A stretch of 64,000 bases of DNA. Origin: an uncultured Bacteroides sp. (GTDB lineage Bacteria; Bacteroidota; Bacteroidia; Bacteroidales; Bacteroidaceae). The notes below the pieces were generated by a model that had not been told where the DNA came from, searched no databases, and was given only the letters and a program-made list of their open reading frames with translations. The stretch lies in assembly GCA_944320295.1 (NCBI GenBank), contig CALUGY010000083.1, positions 3,430-67,429 on the forward strand, given 5' to 3'. Shown one piece after another: positions 32,613-42,756 of the stretch (position 1 is its first letter; every line of letters begins with the position of its first letter). Made by a program: the position numbers and the translations under genes.

Positions 32613-35599
32613 TATACTTTAGGACTGTTTGTGAGTTCGGGTAACATTACTACTCCGAGTTTCTTTTTTCCATCCATTTTGACCACTACGGGGACATTAA
32701 AGCGCACGTGGCGCAGGTAACGGGTTTCGGTTACCGCTGGCATTGTGTCGAGTACGGACTGGCGGTAGATCCCGTCACCTACGTAGTCGTTGATGGTGAA
32801 GTACCCTACTCCGAACGAGGTCAGATTCTGGAAGAAGTGCGTGCCCTGGCTTGGGTCTACGCGGTAATTTGTCAGTCCAGCTTCCACAATAATACGTGCG
32901 GCGGATATGTGCGGCCACTTTACTGGTATGCCAAGCCAGGGGTCCGAGCTTCCCCACCGGCCGGGACCGATGAGTATGTAGCCACGTCCCTCTTGCAGGA
33001 AGCGTCGGTTCAGTTCTTCAATTTCCCTTGCACGCTCAGTATTGTGCGAGGGACTGTACTCTGCCGTCTTGACATAGACTACGTCGTACAGGTCGTTCAT
33101 CACCCCGTGCCCAAGCGAGTTGACCGACCGTAACAGCAACTTCTCGTCGGGGATGGCGGCCAGATCTTCGTCCAGTACCTCCTTGTTGTCTACAATGGGG
33201 CGTATCTGCAGTAGATAGAAAGTGCCGGTCTTGTCTTTTTCCCGGTCCAGCGTGGCGGCGAATTCTATCTCCACGGGGCGCCGCATCTCTTGCTCACCGT
33301 ACTTTAGTGCCAGTTGCAACAACCTCGCGAGAGGGAAAGCGTCGTGCTGTAGGATGTTGGCGAAGGTGATAACTTTTCTCCCTCCTGGGTACAGTCCGTC
33401 ACGGATGATTTGGTCGTACGGGTCATATGTCGAGGCGATGTATGCTAGGCTACCGTCCTTCTCCGCCTCCTTCACGGGCAGTTTCAAGAGGTTGAAGCCA
33501 TCGTCTATGGAGAAAGCGTGGCCGGCGTTTTTTAGGTCGAGTGCGTAGAAGCGCGTCTGCGTTTCCTTCAAGGCAAGGTCGAGCTCGCTGGTCTGCAGCA
33601 CCTTGTTGGGGTGGTAGGGCGAGAAACGTAGTGTCAGCCCGCCGTCCACGATGTACTTGCCCAGGCCTAGCGCCAGGTTCACGGTACCCTCCTCCGGTAG
33701 TTCGTCCCCCAAGGGGTAGTAGTTTAGTGAGCGCGCTACGCCCGACATCGAGGGATAGTATCTGTCACCGTATTGCGTGCCTATGACTTCCTGTAGTATT
33801 ACAGCCATCTTCTCCTGATCTATCACGTTGCTCGTGGCCTGCATGTATGCCTTAGAGTCGCGGAAGTACACGGAGGCGTACACTCCCTTTATAGCATCGC
33901 TCAACATGCGCAGCATTTCGTACTTGTCGTCCATGTAGGGTATCATGTACGTATTGTATATGCCAGCAAATGGCTGATAGTGTGAGTCTTCCAGAAGCGA
34001 GGAGGAACGTACGGCTATGGGCGATTTCACTACGTCGAAGAGAGCGAAAAAATCCTCCACTAGCCTGTCGGGTAACTTGGCTTTCAGAAAGTAGCGAAGT
34101 ATCACGTCGTCCTCCAGATCCGATAGAGCCACTTGGTATAGTCCGTTGGTCTCCATGAACTCGTCGAACACGTCGGTACATAGCACTACCGTCTTGGGGA
34201 TGGCAACTTTGGCGTTCTCAAACTCCTCGAACTCCACATGGTGCTTTACTAGGTTGTCAATGAACGCTAGGCCACGACCCTTGCCTCCCAACGAGCCCTC
34301 GCCAATGCGGGCGAAGTTTGAGTAACGGTCGAACCTGTCGCGTTTGAATACGGCCACCACGCCTTGGTTCTTCATTTTGCGATACTTTACGATTGCCTCG
34401 AAGATAAGTTTACGGTGTGCGTCTACATCTTGTAGACTGTTCCAAGTGATAGGTCTTAGAAATTCTGCTATGGGAAACATGGCTCTGGAGTAGAGCCATC
34501 GGCTGATGTGGTTACGGCTGATGTGATACAGAAACGATTCTGCTGGGACGGCGAATATGATGTTTTGTAACTCTTTTAAGTTTTTGACACGTGCTATTTC
34601 TTCCCCCGTCTCAGGGTTACGGAAGATGAAGTCCCCGAAACCGAAGTTGTCTGATACGATTCGGCGTAAGTCCACGTCCATCTTTTTAGAGTTCTTGTCA
34701 ATGAATGCTGCCCCGTATTTAGCTGCATAGGCTGCATAGTCCGTTTCACTAGATTGTATGATAAGCGGCAAGAATGGGTCTTCTTTGCGAATAGCTGCAC
34801 ATAAACGTATTCCTGCCATACCATCTTTCTCACCTCCTGGCAGGCGAGGAAAGCGTACATCGGTAATTACCCCCAGCATGTTGTTTTTGTACTTTTGGTA
34901 TATTGTATACGCTTCTTCATAAGTGCGCGCTAGTACTATTTTGGGACGTCCACGCATGCGGAGTGTTCGTTGGTGGGCATTCAACGCTTCGGTCGAGAAC
35001 TCACGGCTCTGCATCAGTACGAATTTGTAAAGGTTTGGCAATATGGATGAATAGAAGCGGATACCGTCCTCTACGAGTAGGATAACTTGAACACCTACCT
35101 CGTTTACATCATGTTCCAAGTTCCTTTTGTCTTCTACAAGTTTAATGATGGAGAGCAGTAAGTCTGTGTTCCCCAACCAGCAGAAAACGTATTCAAAGGC
35201 ACTCAGATCTTCATTGGCTATGCGCTTGGTGATGCCGTGACTGAATGGTGTGAGTATCACCATAGGAATGTGTTCGTAGCGTGCTTTTATCTGTCGAGCC
35301 ACGTCAAAACTTTCGTTATCACCTGTGCCGGGCATGCAGATGACAAGATCGAACGATACTGCTGACAGTTGCGCAAGAGCCTCGTCACATGTACTAACCT
35401 GTGTGAAGCGGGGAGGATAACGTAGTGATAACGATGTGTATTCCATGAAGATTTTCTCATCTATACGCCCATCGTCTTCGAGCATGAACGCATCGTAAGG
35501 GTTGGCAATGAGTAACACGTTGAATATGCGCCTTGTCATAAGATTGGCAAACTGCGTGTCCTTGAAGTATAATTGGTTCAGCTTAAATTTGCTTAACAT
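32612..35599 (-). CDS. PEP/pyruvate-binding (PPDK_N) domain protein with receiver-like N-terminal region
   Basis: LGGKGRGL, AVRSSSLLED..FAG and LQIRP ATP-grasp motifs; ILLVED...ITDV receiver-like segment. Confidence 0.85.
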   Translation of the reverse strand: MLSKFKLNQLYFKDTQFANLMTRRIFNVLLIANPYDAFMLEDDGRIDEKIFMEYTSLSLRYPPRFTQVSTCDEALAQLSAVSFDLVICMPGTGDNESFDVARQIKARYEHIPMVILTPFSHGITKRIANEDLSAFEYVFCWLGNTDLLLSIIKLVEDKRNLEHDVNEVGVQVILLVEDGIRFYSSILPNLYKFVLMQSREFSTEALNAHQRTLRMRGRPKIVLARTYEEAYTIYQKYKNNMLGVITDVRFPRLPGGEKDGMAGIRLCAAIRKEDPFLPLIIQSSETDYAAYAAKYGAAFIDKNSKKMDVDLRRIVSDNFGFGDFIFRNPETGEEIARVKNLKELQNIIFAVPAESFLYHISRNHISRWLYSRAMFPIAEFLRPITWNSLQDVDAHRKLIFEAIVKYRKMKNQGVVAVFKRDRFDRYSNFARIGEGSLGGKGRGLAFIDNLVKHHVEFEEFENAKVAIPKTVVLCTDVFDEFMETNGLYQVALSDLEDDVILRYFLKAKLPDRLVEDFFALFDVVKSPIAVRSSSLLEDSHYQPFAGIYNTYMIPYMDDKYEMLRMLSDAIKGVYASVYFRDSKAYMQATSNVIDQEKMAVILQEVIGTQYGDRYYPSMSGVARSLNYYPLGDELPEEGTVNLALGLGKYIVDGGLTLRFSPYHPNKVLQTSELDLALKETQTRFYALDLKNAGHAFSIDDGFNLLKLPVKEAEKDGSLAYIASTYDPYDQIIRDGLYPGGRKVITFANILQHDAFPLARLLQLALKYGEQEMRRPVEIEFAATLDREKDKTGTFYLLQIRPIVDNKEVLDEDLAAIPDEKLLLRSVNSLGHGVMNDLYDVVYVKTAEYSPSHNTERAREIEELNRRFLQEGRGYILIGPGRWGSSDPWLGIPVKWPHISAARIIVEAGLTNYRVDPSQGTHFFQNLTSFGVGYFTINDYVGDGIYRQSVLDTMPAVTETRYLRHVRFNVPVVVKMDGKKKLGVVMLPELTNSPKV

Positions 35600-35644
35600 G
35601 TTGGTATTATATGGTTAGTAGTGTTATTATTCATTTTAGTCGTT

Positions 35645-36625
35645 TCAGTCTACTACCCAACGTGGATTATGTGGTTTGGTGCGCTTAGGGTTATAGTACA
35701 TGGCTTCGCGGGTAGGGATACTTATTATGTAGGTACGATGGTTGGCATTTTGTAGTGTTTCACCCCGCAGCCATGAGTTGAAGTCCTTGAGCTGTGCATA
35801 ACTTATTCCCTGTTTCTTGGCATATTGCACAAGATTGACGATACTTGTCTTTACAGTATCATATTGGCAAACAATGGGTGGGTATAGTTGCTCACATCGC
35901 AGTAAGAAGCCGTAGCGTTGCGGTTCACTCAGGATAGCCTTGGCAGCCAATAAGCGGAACATGTAACGTGATGTTTCCTCTACCAGCCACAAGTCCATGG
36001 CATTGTTGGCCATTTGTTTTTTCAGTTGTGATGATATGCGTCCTTGTCCGCCGTTGTATGAGGCAGCCACGCTCATCCAGTCACCATAGCGATTATAGGC
36101 CTCGCGTAGGTAGCGGCATGCAGCGCGGGTGCTTTTTTCCACGTGGTAACGTTCATCTATGTTCTGGTTTACCTCAAGGCCGTACTGCCTTCCGGTGGCG
36201 GTCATGAATTGCCATAGACCCACGGCTCCCGCCCTTGACTTGGCACGTGAATCAAGGTTGCTCTCCACTACGGCTAGGTATTTTAGGTCGTCGGGGATTC
36301 CCTCCTCGTGTAATATGGGCTCTATGACAGGGAAGTAGCGGTTAGCACGCTTTATCGCCAGCATGGTGCTGGAATGCATGTAGCAGAATGCCATCAATTC
36401 ACGGTCCATGCGTTCACGTAGGTCGTAGCGTACTAAACGGATGGTGTCGCCTGCGAAGGTGCAGTCTTGCGGCACCTGTGGTGGTGCCGTACATACGGGT
36501 GTTTCTGATACGATTGACTCGTATATGGGGTCAAATGCTTTGTTGCTTACTAATGCCATTAAAGCCGTAGTGGCACAAATGACAGCTATTGTTGTAGATA
36601 GGACGTGGTGTATCTTCTGTCTCAT
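35645..36625 (-). CDS. lytic transglycosylase (SLT domain, MltD-like)
   Basis: VESN, GAVGLWQFM, ASYNGG and ETSRY motifs. Confidence 0.9.
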   Translation of the reverse strand: MRQKIHHVLSTTIAVICATTALMALVSNKAFDPIYESIVSETPVCTAPPQVPQDCTFAGDTIRLVRYDLRERMDRELMAFCYMHSSTMLAIKRANRYFPVIEPILHEEGIPDDLKYLAVVESNLDSRAKSRAGAVGLWQFMTATGRQYGLEVNQNIDERYHVEKSTRAACRYLREAYNRYGDWMSVAASYNGGQGRISSQLKKQMANNAMDLWLVEETSRYMFRLLAAKAILSEPQRYGFLLRCEQLYPPIVCQYDTVKTSIVNLVQYAKKQGISYAQLKDFNSWLRGETLQNANHRTYIISIPTREAMYYNPKRTKPHNPRWVVD

Positions 36626-36855
36626 GTTATTATGTTATCTGTATATGACGGGGGACATTCGTGTCACGGTGGATGTACCGCTGTTTTCTCCACAAAGGTA
36701 CACTATTTTTAGAGATGTACCCGTTTGTTTGCTTTAAGAATGGTAAAGTTTTCCTTTTTTTCCGAATTGTAGGAAAAATGCCCTATTTTTTTGCCTTTCC
36801 AGGGATAAGGGTTATATTTGTTTTTGTTTTTAGATTATCAAACTTTATGAAGAGA

Positions 36856-37320
36856 ATGGAAAAAGTAGTTATAAATTCTTTTGAGGATTTCGAGAAACTG
36901 GTAGGACAGCAGATAGGTATATCTGATTATGTGCAAGTGACGCAGGAGCGTGTAAATCTCTTTGCAGATGCTACTTTGGATCATCAATGGATTCACGTAG
37001 ATACGGAACGTGCCAAAGCGGAAAGCCCGTTTAAAAGTACTATTGTGCATGGATATCTCACATTGTCTATGTTGCCTTATTTATGGAATCAGATTATAGA
37101 GGTGAATAATTTGAAGATGATGATAAATTATGGTATGGAGAAAATGAAGTTCGGTCAGGCCGTTCTCACAGGACAGCGTATCAGGTTGGTTGCGATCATG
37201 CAGTCGCTTACTAACCTGCGGGGCGTGGCTAAGGCTGAGATAAAGTTCTTCATCGAGATCGAAGGTGAGAAGAAGAAAGCATTGGAGGGTACCGCCGTAT
37301 TCCTGTACTACTTTAAGTAA
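36856..37320 (+). CDS. MaoC family dehydratase
   Basis: FADATLDHQWIHVD...IVHGYLTLS. Start at MEKVV; 36847 is an alternative. Confidence 0.9.
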   Translation: MEKVVINSFEDFEKLVGQQIGISDYVQVTQERVNLFADATLDHQWIHVDTERAKAESPFKSTIVHGYLTLSMLPYLWNQIIEVNNLKMMINYGMEKMKFGQAVLTGQRIRLVAIMQSLTNLRGVAKAEIKFFIEIEGEKKKALEGTAVFLYYFK

Positions 37321-37442
37321 ATAGTAGAAGGCGGATTTGGTAATATGTGATGATGAGAGTGATACTAACAGTTACGTTAGGATAATAAAAAAGAAAAGAG
37401 TAATTCTGCATAGACGTTCTGAGAGATACTATCTTCTTATGG

Positions 37443-37486
37443 AAAAGAACGCCTCCCCGTTAATAGGCCGGGGAGGCGTTCTTTTT
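37443..37486. terminator. bidirectional terminator
   Basis: aaaagaacgcctccc/gggaggcgttctttt between convergent genes. Confidence 0.85.
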
Positions 37487-37509
37487 TCTAAAAAAATAGT
37501 AAAAACATA

Positions 37510-38649
37510 TTATCTGTCTGCGTACATCCGCTCGTAATAGTGTTGGTAGTCACCGCTGGTTACTTCGTCCACCCAGGACTGATGGGTAAGGTACCACTCT
37601 ACCGTACGGACTATGCCGTTGTCAAAACTTGTCTCTGGCGTCCATCCTAGTTCGTTGGTTATCTTAGAGGGATCGATGGCATATCGTTGGTCGTGTCCAA
37701 GGCGGTCCTTTACAAAGGTTATGAGCGAGTCGTTTAACCAGTCCAGATTGAGCAATCCGTCTTGATGGTACTCTTTGTGGCGTAGTACCTTACGGTATTC
37801 GGAGTGGGCCTCCATCAGCCGGCGCACAGTCTGTATTGTGAGGCGTACTATTTGGAGGTTGGTGCGCTCGTTATGCCCGCCTACATTGTATATTTCACCA
37901 TCGCGTCCGTGGCGTACTACTAGGTCTATGGCTTTGCAATGGTCAGTAACGTAGAGCCAGTCTCTAACGTTACTACCATCGCCGTATACAGGCAACGTTT
38001 TTCCCTCAAGTATGTTTTTGATGATGAGTGGGATGAGTTTTTCGGGGAAATGATACGGCCCATAATTATTAGAACAGCGAGTAATGCTAACAGGCATGTG
38101 ATAGGTGTCACGATAGGCCATGACAATCAGGTCTGCTGATGCCTTTGAGGCACTATATGGGCTATGAGGGCAGAGAGGGGTTTGCTCGGTGAAGTAGCCT
38201 GTCGCACCCAGCGATCCGTATACTTCGTCTGTAGAAACTTGATGAAAGCGTACGCCTTTGAGCCATGTGGGGTAGCCTTGTTCATCGCGGCCGGTGACCC
38301 AGGCGCGGCGGGCAGTATCAAGTAGGTTCTGTGTCCCCAGTACGTTGGTCTGAAGGAATAATTGTGGGTTCTCAATGCTACGGTCCACATGACTTTCGGC
38401 AGCGAAATTCACCACATAATCAAAGCGATGCTCGGTAAAGAGTACGTCGGTCAGCGTGCGATTGCAGATGTCTCCTTTGACAAAAATACAACGCTCTTGG
38501 TCAATGTCACTAGCTAGTGTCCCTAGGTTTCCAGCGTAAGTAAGTGCATCAAGCACTACTATACGTATATCATCGTATTTAGACAATAGGTATTTTACAA
38601 AGTTGGCGCCAATGAATCCGGCGGCACCTGTTACAAGGTATGTCTTCAT
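37510..38649 (-). CDS. rfbB: dTDP-glucose 4,6-dehydratase
   Basis: TGAAGFIG, AAESHVDRSI, STDEVYG, YSASK and GHDQRYAID motifs. Confidence 0.96.
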   Translation of the reverse strand: MKTYLVTGAAGFIGANFVKYLLSKYDDIRIVVLDALTYAGNLGTLASDIDQERCIFVKGDICNRTLTDVLFTEHRFDYVVNFAAESHVDRSIENPQLFLQTNVLGTQNLLDTARRAWVTGRDEQGYPTWLKGVRFHQVSTDEVYGSLGATGYFTEQTPLCPHSPYSASKASADLIVMAYRDTYHMPVSITRCSNNYGPYHFPEKLIPLIIKNILEGKTLPVYGDGSNVRDWLYVTDHCKAIDLVVRHGRDGEIYNVGGHNERTNLQIVRLTIQTVRRLMEAHSEYRKVLRHKEYHQDGLLNLDWLNDSLITFVKDRLGHDQRYAIDPSKITNELGWTPETSFDNGIVRTVEWYLTHQSWVDEVTSGDYQHYYERMYADR

Positions 38650-38665
38650 ATGCAATGGTAAATTT

Positions 38666-38759
38666 TGATGATGGATGAAGAATATGGAACTTGTCTTTTT
38701 TTTGGGGGGGCGGAAGTAATACCCTTATTTTGCAACTTTCATTCTTCACTCATCATTCA
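38666..38759. repeat. degenerate TGAAGAAT/ATTCTTCA inverted repeat element
   Basis: gatgatggatgaagaat ... attcttcactcatcattc; similar element at 57120-57226. Confidence 0.5.
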
Positions 38760-38773
38760 GTTGTTTTTTTCAT

Positions 38774-39649
38774 TTAACTACGTCGTGATTGTGATAGCTC
38801 TACTAGGTATCGTCCGTATTCCGTTTTGCCCATCTCTTCACCCAGGTGTTGAAGTTGCGTCGCGTCTATCCAACTTTTGCGCCATGCTATTTCTTCGATG
38901 CAAGAAACCCGGAAGCCTTGGCGATTCTGTATGGTGGCTACAAAATTAGAGGCTTCGAGCAGGCTGTCACAGTTGCCCGTGTCGAGCCAAGCAAATCCTC
39001 TACCGAACAGTTCCACTTGCAACGCGTTTTCGTTGAGGTACATGCGGTTCAAGTCTGTTATTTCATATTCACCTCTGGCTGACGGTTTGAGGCGTGCGGC
39101 TTTGTCGGTTACTGTTGAGTCGTAGAAATAAAGGCCCGGTACAGCATAATTACTTTTTGGTACGTCAGGTTTCTCCTCGATACTTAATACCCGGCCTCTA
39201 TTGTCAAACTCCACTACCCCATAGGCGCGCGGGTCTTTGACATAATATCCGAATATACAGGCTCCGCGCTCGATGGAAGCTGCCCTTTTCAGCATGGCAG
39301 AGAAACCTTGGCCGTAGAACAGATTGTCACCCAGAATGAGGCAACCTGGTCCTCCTGCAAGGAAGTCTGCACCAAGGACAAAGGCTTGCGCCAAGCCGTT
39401 AGGCCGTTCCTGCACGACATATTCAAACCGCATACCTAAGCGGCTTCCGTCTCCCAGTAGGCGGCGGAAAGCCTCGGCATCGTACGGCGTGGTTATAATC
39501 AATACTTCGCGGATACCGGCCAGCATCAACGTGCTCAAAGGGTAATAAATCATCGGCTTGTCATATACAGGCATCAGTTGCTTGGAGACCGCTTTCGACA
39601 GGGGATAGAGCCGTGTGGCACTACCACCGGCCAGAATGATTCCTTTCAT
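38774..39649 (-). CDS. rfbA: glucose-1-phosphate thymidylyltransferase
   Basis: GIILAGGSATRLYP, SKQLMPVYDKPMIYYP and WLDTG motifs. Confidence 0.97.
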   Translation of the reverse strand: MKGIILAGGSATRLYPLSKAVSKQLMPVYDKPMIYYPLSTLMLAGIREVLIITTPYDAEAFRRLLGDGSRLGMRFEYVVQERPNGLAQAFVLGADFLAGGPGCLILGDNLFYGQGFSAMLKRAASIERGACIFGYYVKDPRAYGVVEFDNRGRVLSIEEKPDVPKSNYAVPGLYFYDSTVTDKAARLKPSARGEYEITDLNRMYLNENALQVELFGRGFAWLDTGNCDSLLEASNFVATIQNRQGFRVSCIEEIAWRKSWIDATQLQHLGEEMGKTEYGRYLVELSQSRRS

Positions 39650-39826
39650 ACTTCTGTTTCCTTTCTTAAAATAAAGTTATTGGATAATGATATAAGAAGG
39701 AGGACTATGCCCCACGGCTCTCGTAGCAATTTACGGCAGGCAAAGATAGTGTAAAACCTCGGTACATCCAAGTACTGGATGATAGAAAAGACTATTTTCT
39801 TCTACTATTGTACTTCTCTTGGCCGG

Positions 39827-40327
39827 TTAATGTTCTTGTCCGGACAGTTCTATCACTTCCAGTCCGCTGAACGTACCGTCGTCTATGACAAGTCGTACCA
39901 GCGTCCTCACTTTGTGGAAACCGCTGATACCTGCTGCTCCCGGATTGACACAGAGGGTTCCTAGCGACGAATCATATTGTACCTTCAGAATATGTGAATG
40001 TCCACACACTAGTAGCTTCGGCGGGTGTGCCATGAGTGTCTCACGTATCGATGGATCGTACCTTCCAGGATATCCACCTATGTGTTTCAGCAATATTTCT
40101 ATTCCCTCTATTGTAAAACGTTGTATCATTGGGAAAGTACTGCGTATTTCCTGTCCGTCTATGTTGCCATATACCGCCCGTAGTGGACGGAAAGCTGCAA
40201 GTCTGTCGGCTACTTCCAGCGATCCGATATCACCTGCATGCCATATCTCGTCACATGGTTCGAAGTATTTCTGGTAACGGTCGTCCCAATAGCCGTGCGT
40301 GTCCGATATCAAACCTATTTTTGTCAT
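39827..40327 (-). CDS. metallophosphoesterase (YfcE/MJ0936 family)
   Basis: ISDTHG, HAGD, GNID, GHSH and NPG motifs. Confidence 0.9.
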   Translation of the reverse strand: MTKIGLISDTHGYWDDRYQKYFEPCDEIWHAGDIGSLEVADRLAAFRPLRAVYGNIDGQEIRSTFPMIQRFTIEGIEILLKHIGGYPGRYDPSIRETLMAHPPKLLVCGHSHILKVQYDSSLGTLCVNPGAAGISGFHKVRTLVRLVIDDGTFSGLEVIELSGQEH

Positions 40328-40390
40328 GCCCCGTATTGTTTATATGTGCAAAGGTAGCTATTTTTGCATGGAATTGACAACATCTTTGCC

Positions 40391-42481
40391 ATGGAACATC
40401 AATATTTCAAACGCGACATCAGCTGGCTCTCCTTCAATTACCGCGTACTACTCGAGGCCGACGACGATACCCTACCCCTATACGAACGTATTAACTTCAT
40501 CTCCATCTACTCTTCAAACCTTGAGGAATTCTATAAGATACGTGTGGCGGACCATCGTGCCATCGCTACCGGTGCAACTTGTAGCGATGAGGAAGATGTA
40601 CAAGATGCCATTCGGTTGGTGGAAGATATCAATCACGAAGTGAATCGCCAAATGCTGGAGCGTATCCGCATCTACGAGCAGAAAATCATACCAGCCTTGC
40701 GTCGTGCCCATATTGTGTTCTACCAGACTCCCGATGTGGAACCCGAGCATCGTGAGTTTCTAAAGCGTTTTTTCCATGAAGAAATATTTCCCTATTTGGC
40801 ACCTGTGCCCATTAGCCGCGACCGGGTGGTGTCTTTTCTCAGGGACAATCGTCTTTATCTAGCCGCCCGCATGAAGCCCAAGGGTCCCGATGGCGTACTG
40901 GACAGTATGCCGTTCGAGTACTTTGTCATGAAGCTTCCCTACACTAAGGTTCCCCGTTTCATCCAGCTTCCGTCGATAGGGCGTGACTATTATCTCATGT
41001 ATATCGAGGACATCATCAAGGCTAACCTGGCTGACATCTTTCCAGGTTACGTGGTGGACAGCAGCTACTGTATCAAGATATCGCGCGATGCTGATATCTT
41101 GATAGATGATACGGCAGGTACGCCCGCCATTATAGAGCAGGTCAAGACTAAGGTCAAAAAACGAAAAATTGGTAAAGTTTGTCGTTTTGTGTATGAGCGT
41201 GCCATGCCCTCTGATTTTCTACAAGCCCTTACCGATGCCTATGGCATACATCATCATGAACTTGTGCCAGGCGATAAACATCTCAATATGGAAGACCTCC
41301 GCCATCTTCCTAACCCCTCGCCTGCCCTGCTCTCCGCTCGCGAGCCTCAACCTATGAAGCTCTCTTGTTTAGATGGGCGCGAGTCTATATTCAACTATGT
41401 GGCTCAGCACGACCTGTTGCTGTATTACCCTTATCATTCGTTCGAGCACTTCATTCACATGCTCTACGAAGCCGTGCACGATCCCGCCGTACGCGAAATT
41501 ATGTTGACTCAGTATCGTGTGGCTGAGAATTCTAGTGTGATAAACACTTTGATAGCTGCAGCACAGAACGGCAAGCGTGTTACCGTGTTTGTTGAACTTA
41601 AGGCCCGTTTTGATGAGGAAAACAATTTGGCTACCGCTGAGATGATGAAGGCTTCGGGCATCAACATTATCTATAGTATCCCTGGTCTGAAAGTCCATGC
41701 CAAGGTGGCTCTCATCTTGCGCCGCGATGCCCGGAACCACCGCCTTACCAGCTACGCTTACATCGGTACCGGTAACTTTAACGAGAAGACCGCGATGCTC
41801 TACGCCGACTGTGGCATGTACACCTGCAACCCCGTAATCGTGAACGATCTGCACAATCTGTTCCGCACGTTGTGCGGCAAGCAATCGCCCGTGTTCCATC
41901 GTTTACTAGTGGCCCGTTTCAACCTGATACCCGAACTGAATCGCCTCATTGATCGCGAGATAGAATTGGCTAAAAATGGATACGGTGGACGCATCATTCT
42001 GAAGATGAATGCCCTTCAAGATCCCGTCATGATAGATCGCCTGTATGAAGCTTCAAAAGCCGGGGTGAACATCGACCTCATTGTGCGTGGTATCTGTTGT
42101 CTCATACCGGGGCAGGAATACAGCCGCAACATTCGGGTAACACGTATCGTCGATACCTTCCTGGAACATGCACGTGTATGGTATTTTGGTAACGGGGGTA
42201 AGTCCAAACTGTTCATCGGTTCGCCCGATTGGATGCGGCGTAACCTCTACCGGCGCATAGAAGCTGTGACACCAGTATTAGACCCTACTCTGAAGCAAGA
42301 GTTGATCGATATGTTGACCATCCAGCTGGCTGACCGACGTAAAGCTTGCTTTGTAGACGGACAGCTGCATAACGTATGGAAATCCTCCAACCCGCAAAAG
42401 GAAATCCACCGTGCCCAATACGATTTCTATACATACTTAAAGAAAAAGCAGGAAGACACTTCCGATTCCACGAGTTTATAG
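40391..42481 (+). CDS. ppk1: polyphosphate kinase 1
   Basis: RDISWLSFNYRVL, SSNLEEF, ELKARFDEENN, KVHAK and FLEHAR motifs. Start at MEHQY. Confidence 0.95.
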   Translation: MEHQYFKRDISWLSFNYRVLLEADDDTLPLYERINFISIYSSNLEEFYKIRVADHRAIATGATCSDEEDVQDAIRLVEDINHEVNRQMLERIRIYEQKIIPALRRAHIVFYQTPDVEPEHREFLKRFFHEEIFPYLAPVPISRDRVVSFLRDNRLYLAARMKPKGPDGVLDSMPFEYFVMKLPYTKVPRFIQLPSIGRDYYLMYIEDIIKANLADIFPGYVVDSSYCIKISRDADILIDDTAGTPAIIEQVKTKVKKRKIGKVCRFVYERAMPSDFLQALTDAYGIHHHELVPGDKHLNMEDLRHLPNPSPALLSAREPQPMKLSCLDGRESIFNYVAQHDLLLYYPYHSFEHFIHMLYEAVHDPAVREIMLTQYRVAENSSVINTLIAAAQNGKRVTVFVELKARFDEENNLATAEMMKASGINIIYSIPGLKVHAKVALILRRDARNHRLTSYAYIGTGNFNEKTAMLYADCGMYTCNPVIVNDLHNLFRTLCGKQSPVFHRLLVARFNLIPELNRLIDREIELAKNGYGGRIILKMNALQDPVMIDRLYEASKAGVNIDLIVRGICCLIPGQEYSRNIRVTRIVDTFLEHARVWYFGNGGKSKLFIGSPDWMRRNLYRRIEAVTPVLDPTLKQELIDMLTIQLADRRKACFVDGQLHNVWKSSNPQKEIHRAQYDFYTYLKKKQEDTSDSTSL

Positions 42482-42516
42482 CTATACAAACAATCTCTCT
42501 GTTGGGGTGCAATATG

Positions 42517-42596
42517 CAACATGTACGGAGCGTAGGCGGAACGTACACGGCCCATGGTCGGAGTACGTTTCGCTTGCGGTTGTTACATATGCGGGG
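42517..42596. repeat. degenerate 22-bp-period array, family F, 4 units
   Basis: Units at 42517 (caacatgtacgg), 42539 (gaacgtacacgg), 42561 and 42583 (ttacatatgcgg). Confidence 0.55.
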
Positions 42597-42644
42597 CAAA
42601 ACAGTACGGTATTACCATGGTTCTTAGTTGTTACGCCCGTTTTT

Positions 42645-42684
42645 TGTAACACGGATGTAACATGTATGACAATTGTCTGTAATA
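42645..42684 (+). promoter_or_regulatory. Pho-box-like direct repeats with 11-bp period
   Basis: TGTAACA at 42645 and 42656, TGACAAT at 42667, TGTAATA at 42678, upstream of a phosphate transporter. Confidence 0.65.
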
Positions 42685-42756
42685 TGGATTCCGTTTCTTT
42701 GCAACCGAAAAGAATTTTGCGGAATGCATACACATATTATATATTAATATACAATT

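Noticed and set aside
37510-39649. Capsule or O-antigen locus
   Set aside because: Only rfbA and rfbB are present, with no glycosyltransferases, upxY/Z or invertible promoter seen.
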